Origin: a virus
Taxonomy: Duplodnaviria > Caudoviricetes
Length of the DNA stretch: 24,433 nucleotides
IMG/VR virus record: IMGVR_UViG_3300037424_000176
Coordinates: 1-24,433 of that record
Direction: 5' to 3' (one strand)
The position numbers and the translations under genes were made by a program. The first letter of the stretch is position 1. Each line of letters begins with the position of its first letter. Shown piece by piece: positions 16,399-24,324 of the stretch. A model generated the notes under the pieces. The model was not told where the DNA came from, searched no databases, and saw only the letters and a program-made list of their open reading frames with translations.

Positions 16399-17417
16399 TG
16401 CCCACCACTCCCCCTCCGGTCATCCAGGCCGCCGAAGCCTTCCGCGCCCAGCTCGCTACTAAAGACGCGCAGGCGCTCAATCGTTTGATCGACGCATACA
16501 AGCGCGCCTATTCGCGATTGGCTGGCAGCCTGGAAGCACTCACCCTCCGCATTGGCGAAGAAGCCCCCACCAGGGGCCAGCTTGTGCGCATGGAGCGTTA
16601 CAAGGCGCTCATGGCCCAGACCGCTGAGGAGCTATCTGGCTTCCAGTCGCTGACCAAGAACGAGATAGCGCGGGCGGCTGAATTGGGGATCGACCTGGGC
16701 AGCAAGCACGCAAGGGAGCTGCTATCATACACCGTCACGGGCACGCCAGGGGTAGCCGCACGGTTCAACGCCTTGCCGAAAGATGTTATCCAGCAACTGC
16801 TTGGCTTCCTCGATCCTGCCGGCCCGCTGTACGACCGCCTGACCACGCTTGCGCCATACACAGCCAGCCTGGTGAGTGATGCGATACTCAGCGGCGTTTC
16901 TATGGGCTACAACCCGCGCAAGATCGCCGCTATCGTGCGAGACGCCTTCGGGCAAGGCTTGACGGATGCGCTGCGGTTTGTGCGCACGGCCCAGTTATGG
17001 AGTTATCGGGAGGCCAACCGGGCCACCTACCTGGCGAATAGTGATGTGGTGGAAGGTTGGATTTGGCATGCCGAAATGGGGCCGCGCACCTGTGCAAGCT
17101 GTATCGCTATGCACGGCACGTTCCACGAATTGAGCGAGCGGCTAAACGATCATCACAACGGGAGATGCGCACCGATCCCAGCCGTCAAAGGCTTTGGGCG
17201 CGTGCTGGAAGAAGGAGCGGGCGAAGCGTGGTTCAACGAGCAGCCGGAAAGTGTGCAAAGACAGATACTGGGAAAGGGCAAATATGAAGCCTGGAAAAGT
17301 GGCGGCACTAGCTTTAGTAGCCTTGTTGCTGTGCGTGACGATCCGGTATATGGCCCAATGCGTGTCGAAGCGCCCTTGTGGCAGTTCGTGGGAGCGGAAC
17401 CGCCTGTGCGTCCGTGA
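16398..17417 (+). CDS. Minor head protein (SPP1 gp7 / Mu gpF family)
   Basis: VRTAQL..Y, WHA..RTCASCIAMHG, HHNGRC, QRQILGKGK. Confidence 0.9.
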   Translation: MPTTPPPVIQAAEAFRAQLATKDAQALNRLIDAYKRAYSRLAGSLEALTLRIGEEAPTRGQLVRMERYKALMAQTAEELSGFQSLTKNEIARAAELGIDLGSKHARELLSYTVTGTPGVAARFNALPKDVIQQLLGFLDPAGPLYDRLTTLAPYTASLVSDAILSGVSMGYNPRKIAAIVRDAFGQGLTDALRFVRTAQLWSYREANRATYLANSDVVEGWIWHAEMGPRTCASCIAMHGTFHELSERLNDHHNGRCAPIPAVKGFGRVLEEGAGEAWFNEQPESVQRQILGKGKYEAWKSGGTSFSSLVAVRDDPVYGPMRVEAPLWQFVGAEPPVRP

Positions 17418-17468
17418 GCGGCCTGTACTGTGGTCGTGGCGTAGGATGTTAGAGATGACGGAGGAAAC

Positions 17469-17690
17469 ATGGCCGAGATAAGACTTTTTAATAAATATAA
17501 GATTCGTTATTCACAAGAATGGCATATAAAATGCCCTACATGTGGATCTAGCGTCACCCTGCGACGCCCTCTCGATAACCCCGAAAAGGAGCCAGAAGAA
17601 ATCTGCGGCAATTGTGGTGGTGAACTTATTGGGTTTATATACCCCGATGGATTTGAGTTTAAGAGTTATGTGATTGATGTAAATATATGA
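17469..17690 (+). CDS. AT-rich Zn-ribbon protein (CPTC..CGNC)
   Basis: GGAGG SD; low GC relative to its neighbours. Confidence 0.7.
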   Translation: MAEIRLFNKYKIRYSQEWHIKCPTCGSSVTLRRPLDNPEKEPEEICGNCGGELIGFIYPDGFEFKSYVIDVNI

Positions 17691-17718
17691 CCGTTATCCC
17701 CTCCCCTGCCCCCGGCGA

Positions 17719-17784
17719 TTTTACGCCAACCCTATTGCAAACGCAAAGGGATTGTGCTACAATGGACGCAAGAACGCGTGTTCT
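17719..17784 (+). promoter_or_regulatory. Promoter with TTTTACGCC box and SOS-like operator
   Basis: TTGCAA (17735-17740), 17-nt spacer, TG-extended TACAAT (17758-17763); AGAAC-GCGT-GTTCT at 17771-17784. Confidence 0.6.
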
Positions 17785-17878
17785 GCTTATGGCAGTACGC
17801 CAGGCGCTCATTATCGCACTCGGGGCGCTGGAGGATTATCTGGAACTGGAGCGTTCGATACAAAGACGCGTTCGATAA
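17762..17878 (+). CDS. Small helical protein (MDARTRVLLMAVRQALIIALGALEDYLELERSIQRRVR); start uncertain
   Basis: Amphipathic helix; sits directly before the repeat-bearing hairpin; possible starts 17687, 17762 or 17789. Confidence 0.55.
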   Translation: MDARTRVLLMAVRQALIIALGALEDYLELERSIQRRVR

Positions 17879-17891
17879 TTAAATATTAGTC

Positions 17892-17972
17892 GCTAGGATT
17901 ACCACGCGGCGCATTTCTTTGCCCAAGCCAGGATTACCGAGCTAGGGCGCAGAGATGCGCCGCTTTTTGTTT
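17892..17972 (+). terminator. Terminator/attenuator hairpin with duplicated AGGATTACC
   Basis: Stem 17906-17918/17951-17963 plus upper stems, followed by TTTTTGTTT; repeat at 17895-17903 and in the loop at 17930-17938. Confidence 0.7.
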
Positions 17973-18019
17973 AATCCAAATTCACGTCTACTCGGACGGC
18001 AAAAGCGAGGGAGATAAAG

Positions 18020-18532
18020 ATGACCGAACCTGTACAACCTACTGTAACCCCACAAACTCCTGACCCAACGGTAACGCCACCGGAACCTAAAGGCGGGTCT
18101 GGTAAGACTTTTTCTCAAGAGGATGTGGACCGCATTGTGTCCGAACGATTGGCCCGCGAAAAGGCTAAGAGTGAGGAAGCAGAGAAACACGCACGCGAAA
18201 AGGCGGAAGCAGACGCACTGGCTAAAAACCAGGAGTGGCAGAAATTGGCTGAACAACGAGCAAAAGAAGTTGACGAATTGAAGGCCAAAACTGCCCAAAT
18301 GGAATACGAGAGTAAGCAGCGATCCATTGCTGAGGAAATCGGTCTGCCCGTTACTTTTGCCGACCGCATCCGGGGCGAGACGCCCGACGCGATGCTGGCC
18401 GACGCCAAATCTTTGCTTGAAGCAATGCCCAAGCAACCCGCTAAACCGAATGTCAGGCCGACCAACGTAGGCGGTAACGCCTCAGTTACCAGCGAGACAG
18501 ACGAACAGCGGAGGAAAAGACTATTAGGCTAA
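18020..18532 (+). CDS. Head scaffolding protein (DUF4355-like)
   Basis: KTFSQEDVDRIVSERLAREK, coiled coil, GLP..ADRIRGET..ADAKSL. Confidence 0.88.
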   Translation: MTEPVQPTVTPQTPDPTVTPPEPKGGSGKTFSQEDVDRIVSERLAREKAKSEEAEKHAREKAEADALAKNQEWQKLAEQRAKEVDELKAKTAQMEYESKQRSIAEEIGLPVTFADRIRGETPDAMLADAKSLLEAMPKQPAKPNVRPTNVGGNASVTSETDEQRRKRLLG

Positions 18533-18547
18533 TTGCCAGGAGTAATA

Positions 18548-19408
18548 ATGGCACAACTCAACACTTATAGCGATATTTCCAGTATCGCTCCCAACATCCA
18601 GGAAGATGCGATCTTCGTGATCCGCGAGCTGGGGCTGATGCAGTCCCTCGTGAAAACCTTCCGCGACGCCACCGGGGCCAATCCCCGCGTCGGCTATACC
18701 TATAACCAGGGCACCGTCACGTCCCTGGCAGAAACGGACGACCTGACCAGCTCAGCCTTCACGCCTTCCGCTGACCAAACCCTGACCCCCGCTGAAATCG
18801 GTCTGCAGTTCTTCGTGACCGACCTGCGGGCGGCCACCGATGCGCCGGAGGATGTCATCTCCGACGGCGGCCTGGAATTGGGCATGGCGGCTGCTGACAA
18901 AATCGAGACTGACCTGCTGGGCGATCTCGCCAGCCTGACCGGCGGCACCGTCGGCACAGCTGGCTCCACGATCACCTGGGGTTACCTGTCCGCTGCTATC
19001 GCTCGCGCCCGCAACGCTAACAAATCCAACACCATCCCGCTGAACGTCGTGCTTCACGGCTACCAGTGGGAAGTGCTGTCCAGCTCAGCAACCATCGCCG
19101 GCGCTACCGTGGCCGCAACCGCTCCGGGCTTCCAAGAGGAATTGACCCGCAGCGGGTTCGTTGCGACCTACAGCGGCGCTCGGATCTACCAGGTCTGGGG
19201 CGGGCTTGTCAGCACCAACTTCACGGGCGGCGTGTTCCCCCGTGATGCAATTGCTATCGACTGGCGGCGCGGCGTGCGGGTAGAGCCCGAGCGTGACGCT
19301 TCCCGACGTGGCACCGAGTTCAACATGTCCGCTGTATATGCTCATGGTATTTGGCGGCCCTCCCGCGGCGTCCAGTTCGTCTTCGACGCCAGCGCACCGA
19401 CCTCATAA
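18548..19408 (+). CDS. Major capsid protein
   Basis: AGGAG SD before ATG 18548; follows scaffold; strong codon bias; C-terminal VEPERDASRRGTEF..YAHG. Confidence 0.85.
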   Translation: MAQLNTYSDISSIAPNIQEDAIFVIRELGLMQSLVKTFRDATGANPRVGYTYNQGTVTSLAETDDLTSSAFTPSADQTLTPAEIGLQFFVTDLRAATDAPEDVISDGGLELGMAAADKIETDLLGDLASLTGGTVGTAGSTITWGYLSAAIARARNANKSNTIPLNVVLHGYQWEVLSSSATIAGATVAATAPGFQEELTRSGFVATYSGARIYQVWGGLVSTNFTGGVFPRDAIAIDWRRGVRVEPERDASRRGTEFNMSAVYAHGIWRPSRGVQFVFDASAPTS

Positions 19409-19420
19409 GGAGCATAAACC

Positions 19421-19804
19421 ATGGCTAACAGTTTTGATGTCCACATCCTGACCTTCCCGGTGGTTCTGACCGCCGGAACCCAGGTTCCTCTGGTCCACCT
19501 GCCCGAAGCTGGCGGCGGGGCCACTGTCCTGGAAGCAAAGATGATTAATGCCGGTACGAGCGTCGGCCCGCTGCTACTCACCATGACCAACGTTGGCACG
19601 CCCGCTATCAGCGGCACGGTCGGCTACTTTGCCGCAGCCGCCGCCGGCACGATCACCGAATCCGCAACCATCCCCGCGGCCATGACCCTCTCTGATGGGT
19701 ATGTGGCGGCTGGCGAATGGCTCGGCTTTGACCAGACCGGAGGCACCGTGCCCGCTGGCTCGTTCATCAGCGTCGCATACGTGAATGGCAGGGCTGGTTC
19801 CTAA
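19421..19804 (+). CDS. Putative capsid decoration/cement protein
   Basis: AAGGAG SD; A/G/T-rich beta protein right after the MCP with the same codon bias. Confidence 0.65.
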   Translation: MANSFDVHILTFPVVLTAGTQVPLVHLPEAGGGATVLEAKMINAGTSVGPLLLTMTNVGTPAISGTVGYFAAAAAGTITESATIPAAMTLSDGYVAAGEWLGFDQTGGTVPAGSFISVAYVNGRAGS

Positions 19805-19813
19805 TGTAATCAA

Positions 19814-19903
19814 GGGCCGGGATAGGGTTCTAGATCCGATAAGTGTGCCTCCTCCTCACACTTCCCGGCCCGCCTGGAGGATAAGCGCCAATGGAGGGGC
19901 GCT
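19814..19903 (+). ncRNA. Putative cis-regulatory three-way-junction RNA with anti-SD loop
   Basis: P1 19814-19822/19863-19871, P2 19825-19829/19833-19837, P3 19842-19847/19857-19862 with loop CCUCCUCCU; GGAGG at 19876 and 19893. Confidence 0.6.
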
Positions 19904-19908
19904 GAACG

Positions 19909-21789
19909 ATGAACATCCTTTGGCTTTCCAACGCTCCCTGGGCGGCTACCGGCTACGGTAACCAAACCCGGCTCTTTACCAAACGAATAAACGACCTGCC
20001 AGAATACAGCCTGTCTATCGCCGCTTTCTACGGCTTAGAGGGCGCACCGCTGACCTGGGACGGCATCAAGATATACCCGCGAGCCTACCACCCTTACGGG
20101 GTGGATATCGCGGCCGCACATGGCGACCAGATCAAGGCTGATGTGATTATCAGCCTGATTGACGCCTGGGTGATGGATGCCGACCTGCTGCAATCCAATG
20201 GAGCGCGCTGGATACCCTGGTTTCCGGTGGACAGCGAACCCTTGCCCGCGGCGGTACTAGGTAAGATCAAAGACGCCTACAAGCGCATCGTGTTCAGCCG
20301 CTTCGGGGAGAAGATGGTACACGACGCCGGGCTTGACTGCTACTACGTGCCGCACGGGATAGATACTAAGACGTTCAAACCAGGCGACCGCAAGGTGGCC
20401 CGCGAGCGGCTAAAGCTGCCGGAGGGTAAGTTCATCGTCGGGATGGTAGCGGCTAACAAGGGCTTTCCGTCTCGCAAGTCGTTCCCTGAGTGTATCTTTG
20501 CCTTTGCGAAGTTCCACGAGGAGCACCCGCACACCCTGCTGTACCTGCACACCACCAAATCAGAGCGGGGTGAAATGAACGGGATGAACCTGCCGGCCTA
20601 CATCGAAGGACTGGGGCTCAAGTTGGGCGAGGATGTCATCTTCTGCGACCAGTATCACGGGATTATAGGCTTCCCAGACAACTACATGGTTGACCTGTAC
20701 AACGCCTTTGACGTGCTGCTATCACCTTCGATGGGCGAGGGCTTCGGAATACCGATCCTTGAGGCGCAGGCTTGCGGATGCCCGGTGATCGTGGGCGATT
20801 GGACGGCCATGAGCGAGTTATGTTTCGCAGGCTGGAAGATCGCCAAAGAGCACTCTCACATGTTCTGGGATCAGGTAGGCGCTTACAAGTTTATGCCCAA
20901 TCCAGCCGCTATCTACCAGGCGCTTGCACAGGCTTACACACAGGCCGGCAAGCTGCGACACAAAGCCCGCAAGGGAGCCGAAGGCTACGACGTTGAGCGG
21001 GTGATGGCGAAATACTGGAAGCCGGTGCTAAAAGAGATTGCCGCCCTGGTTGATGAGTGGAAGCCGAAGCACGTCCACGAATGGATCAAGGTGGGCCTGT
21101 TCAACCCTGACGGCTCGCTATCGACGCCCTGCAAGGCTTGTGGGGCCGAAGCACTATCCGAGAGGGGCAAGCCGACCAGGATCATCGATGGTGGTTTCGA
21201 GAACCCGGACAATCTTGAGTTCGTCCACCCTGACGGCCTGGAATGGCTGCTGCTGAGAGAGACGCGCCGGGACTACGGCGCTGACAAACTGAACCTTAAC
21301 AAATCAAGCATAGTTGTAGACATCGGCGCTCATGTGGGGGTAGTAAGCATGAGCCTGGCGAAGCGCTACGGATGCAAGGTGATCGCCTTCGAGCCGAACC
21401 CGGATAACTTCGCCCGGCTGCTCGAGAACATCATAGCGAATAACTTAGGCAGCCTGATTACAGCGCTACCGTGTGCCGTGACTGGCGACGGGCGCAAGGT
21501 CAAGATCGGCACTGACACTGACAACAGCGGCGGCAATGATATATACGGGGATGGGGTAGAAGTCGAGAGTGTGACGCTAGCAGAAATCATGGATCGAGCG
21601 ATCGGTACGGTTGACCTGCTAAAGATCGACGCTGAGGGGGCCGAATACGAGATCCTGAAAGACGTAGACCTGAGCAACATCCGCGCTATCCGGGGAGAGT
21701 TCCACGGGCAAGACGGTAAGGCGCTGCTAGATGCAGTCACAGCGAAGGTACCCGACACCAGGGTAACGCTGCAAGGATGGACTGGATGA
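19909..21789 (+). CDS. GT4 (GT-B) glycosyltransferase fused to FkbM-family methyltransferase
   Basis: TGYGNQT, VPHGID, RK, PSMGEGFGIPILEAQACG; then VVDIGAHVG, FEP, LLKIDAEGAEYEIL. Confidence 0.92.
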   Translation: MNILWLSNAPWAATGYGNQTRLFTKRINDLPEYSLSIAAFYGLEGAPLTWDGIKIYPRAYHPYGVDIAAAHGDQIKADVIISLIDAWVMDADLLQSNGARWIPWFPVDSEPLPAAVLGKIKDAYKRIVFSRFGEKMVHDAGLDCYYVPHGIDTKTFKPGDRKVARERLKLPEGKFIVGMVAANKGFPSRKSFPECIFAFAKFHEEHPHTLLYLHTTKSERGEMNGMNLPAYIEGLGLKLGEDVIFCDQYHGIIGFPDNYMVDLYNAFDVLLSPSMGEGFGIPILEAQACGCPVIVGDWTAMSELCFAGWKIAKEHSHMFWDQVGAYKFMPNPAAIYQALAQAYTQAGKLRHKARKGAEGYDVERVMAKYWKPVLKEIAALVDEWKPKHVHEWIKVGLFNPDGSLSTPCKACGAEALSERGKPTRIIDGGFENPDNLEFVHPDGLEWLLLRETRRDYGADKLNLNKSSIVVDIGAHVGVVSMSLAKRYGCKVIAFEPNPDNFARLLENIIANNLGSLITALPCAVTGDGRKVKIGTDTDNSGGNDIYGDGVEVESVTLAEIMDRAIGTVDLLKIDAEGAEYEILKDVDLSNIRAIRGEFHGQDGKALLDAVTAKVPDTRVTLQGWTG

Positions 21790-22160
21790 ACGAACACCCA
21801 TTCCTTGAAATTACCGAACACGAATTACCTTTCGGCAAAAGCTATCGGACATATCACTGGCCAGCGAAGCCGTGGCAAGCGGTACTGATTGGCGACCGCG
21901 CCATTGAGTACAGGCACGAAATGCCGTGGAAATTAGTTGAAGTGGAAAGATACCCGGAGTGGCGTGGCAGTCTGTATGTAAGATCGGACGGCTTTCTTCT
22001 TGTCACACGATGCTTAATGGCAGTAAAGATAAAGGTCAAAAAACTACTTGAGTTAGTTTACTACCGCCTGATATTAACGGCTATGGTTTGGGGATTGGCT
22101 TATGTCCCAGACTTTGAAGCACCATCCTGGCGACATCTTGGGAAGCAGAGAAAATGGTAA
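21786..22160 (+). CDS. Hypothetical protein (lower GC, Trp-rich)
   Basis: ATGA overlap at 21786; overlaps the GT2 start. Confidence 0.65.
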   Translation: MNEHPFLEITEHELPFGKSYRTYHWPAKPWQAVLIGDRAIEYRHEMPWKLVEVERYPEWRGSLYVRSDGFLLVTRCLMAVKIKVKKLLELVYYRLILTAMVWGLAYVPDFEAPSWRHLGKQRKW

Positions 22161-22768
22161 GCATCGCAACGCCGTGGATGGGCCATCCTGAGCTGCTCGC
22201 CACCTACCTGCCGACCGTGCGCGGGGCCGAGGTTGTCATCGTGGATAACGCCAGCGACCCGGAGACTGCCCGCAAGCTACAGAACGCCGCCAGCATCTAC
22301 ATTCGCAACGAGGAAAACAACCGCTTTGCGAAGGCCAGCAACCAGGGCATACGGGTCGCTACGAATGACATTATCCTGTGCCTGAACAACGACACCGCCG
22401 CCCCTAGTGGATGGCTGAAAGATGTGGAGAGCACCGTAAAACCGGGCGCGTTCTACGGCCCGAGCGTGATGGTTCGCAAGGTGGACGGCAACCAGGTCAG
22501 GTACATCGAAGGCCACTGCATCGCCGCCACCCGCACAACCTGGGAGGCCGTTGGACTGTGGCCCGAAGATTTACCGGGCATGTACTGGGAGGATAACATC
22601 TTGTGCCTGCGGGCGCTTATAGCAGACATCCCGCTCATTAAGACTAACTGGCCCGTGCAGCACTATGGCAATTACACCGCCCGGCATGTGGTCGATTCGA
22701 TAGCGTTCAGCGAAGACAACCGCAAGACTTTTGAGGACATGTACCGTGCATATCATTACCAGCACTAA
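22154..22768 (+). CDS. GT2 (GT-A) glycosyltransferase
   Basis: VVIVDNAS, NNRFAKASNQG, LNND, YWEDNILCLRA, H. Confidence 0.9.
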   Translation: MVSIATPWMGHPELLATYLPTVRGAEVVIVDNASDPETARKLQNAASIYIRNEENNRFAKASNQGIRVATNDIILCLNNDTAAPSGWLKDVESTVKPGAFYGPSVMVRKVDGNQVRYIEGHCIAATRTTWEAVGLWPEDLPGMYWEDNILCLRALIADIPLIKTNWPVQHYGNYTARHVVDSIAFSEDNRKTFEDMYRAYHYQH

Positions 22769-22798
22769 TCAGGCTGAGTTCCTGCGGGGGCTAAAAGC

Positions 22799-23569
22799 GT
22801 GATCACATACACGTCATTCAAGGACCACCCGCTGACTTCTATCAGCTTCTACCGGAACACCACCCGCTTTGAGCCGACCAGCAACGGGCCGCTGCACCTG
22901 GGACACCTGTACATGATCCTGGTCAACTACCACGAGGCGAGATCCACCGGCGGCAAGTTTGTGTTCAGGATCGAGGACAACAGCCAGGAATGGAACTGGC
23001 GCTGCGGTAAAGAGACCACGCAAGACTATATCAACGGCTACCGGGCAGACCTGGAATGGCTGGGTATCGAGCCGGATGAATGGCTTCTTGAGAGTGAGTT
23101 GGAAGCGGAAGTCAACGAGATCCGCGAGATGCTAGCTCCCGATTGGGAAGCTGAGAAGAAGGTCATGTACTTCGTGCCGTGGGTGCCATTCGATGAAGCG
23201 GTGACATACTACCCATATGCGCCGCACCTGACGATTAGTCGGGTAATCCTTGACTGTTATGCGGGCGTGACCCTGCTCATTCGAGGCAACGACCTGTTGA
23301 CCGAACACTGCCTGTATATGCACTTATGCGACCGGCTGGGACTGCCTAAGCCTCGCTGCGTGTACCTGCCCCGCCTGCGGCTTCAAAGCAAAAAGGAGCT
23401 TCTGGGATCGATCAGCAAGACCAGCGGCGGTTTCTCTATTGCCAGATACCGTGACGAGGGCTGGAAGCCCAAGGACTTGCTCGCTGAATTGCGCCGGGCC
23501 TGCCTGAACGACCCAGAGGGCGATTGGACGATCAGGAACGTGAAGCGGGAGCCGCTATGGTCGATGTGA
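22799..23569 (+). CDS. Glutamyl-tRNA synthetase-like (class Ib catalytic domain only) paralog
   Basis: TRFEPTSNGPLHLGH (HIGH), GGKFVFRIED, DLEWLG, LLIRGNDLL, ISKT (KMSKS-like), SIARYRDEGW; no anticodon-binding domain. Confidence 0.88.
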   Translation: MITYTSFKDHPLTSISFYRNTTRFEPTSNGPLHLGHLYMILVNYHEARSTGGKFVFRIEDNSQEWNWRCGKETTQDYINGYRADLEWLGIEPDEWLLESELEAEVNEIREMLAPDWEAEKKVMYFVPWVPFDEAVTYYPYAPHLTISRVILDCYAGVTLLIRGNDLLTEHCLYMHLCDRLGLPKPRCVYLPRLRLQSKKELLGSISKTSGGFSIARYRDEGWKPKDLLAELRRACLNDPEGDWTIRNVKREPLWSM

Positions 23570-24324
23570 CCATCCACTTGGGCGACTGCTTAGAGATATT
23601 ACCTACCATCGAGGCGGGGAGTGTGGACGCTATCCTGACTGACATCCCCTACGGCACGACCGCCTGCGCATGGGATGAGGTTATCCCGTTCGAGCCGATG
23701 TGGGAGCAAGTCAAGCGGGTACTTAAGCCGCGGGGCGTGTTTGTGACTACGGCAAGTCAGCCGTTTACGTCAAGACTGGTTATGAGTAATGTTGGGTGGT
23801 TTCGCTATACATGGATTTGGGACAAAGGGGTAAGCGGCTCGTTTACCCTTGCGAAGTATCAACCACTTAGAACGCACGAAGATATTTTGGTATTTAGCCA
23901 CAATGGGCATACATACAATCCGCAAATGGTAAAGCGTGATAGGCCAGCGAGGATTGGCGGAGTAAAGGGCGGCAAAACAACATCGGGAGGCGCATCAATT
24001 CAATATAACCCCGATAAGTTATCAGACAAGAAGGTTTATACAGACGCTTTCCCAAAGACAGTATTTTACTACTCGCCAAGAAGCGACAGAGAGCGCGGCC
24101 TACACCCTACCCAGAAGCCCGTCGCCCTGTACAAGTACCTGACGCTGACCTACACCAACGAGGGCGACACGATACTGGACATCGCAGCGGGGAGCGGCAC
24201 AACCGGAGTGGCGGCGGTAGAGACTGGGCGCAACTTCATCGGGATTGAGAAGCGAGAGGACTACTTCGAGATTATGCAGAAGCGGATAGCAGAGGCGCAG
24301 ATGCAAATGAGGCTGCCAGTATGA
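23557..24324 (+). CDS. Beta-class N4/N6 DNA methyltransferase 3
   Basis: Start at ATG 23557 (MVDVTIHLGDC); TDIPY, HPTQKPV, DIAAGSGTT. Confidence 0.92.
   Translation: MVDVTIHLGDCLEILPTIEAGSVDAILTDIPYGTTACAWDEVIPFEPMWEQVKRVLKPRGVFVTTASQPFTSRLVMSNVGWFRYTWIWDKGVSGSFTLAKYQPLRTHEDILVFSHNGHTYNPQMVKRDRPARIGGVKGGKTTSGGASIQYNPDKLSDKKVYTDAFPKTVFYYSPRSDRERGLHPTQKPVALYKYLTLTYTNEGDTILDIAAGSGTTGVAAVETGRNFIGIEKREDYFEIMQKRIAEAQMQMRLPV

Noticed and set aside
22799-23569. Calling the gene gltX or gluQ
   Set aside because: It lacks the anticodon and Zn/acceptor domains and has altered Glu-pocket motifs, so orthology is unsupported.
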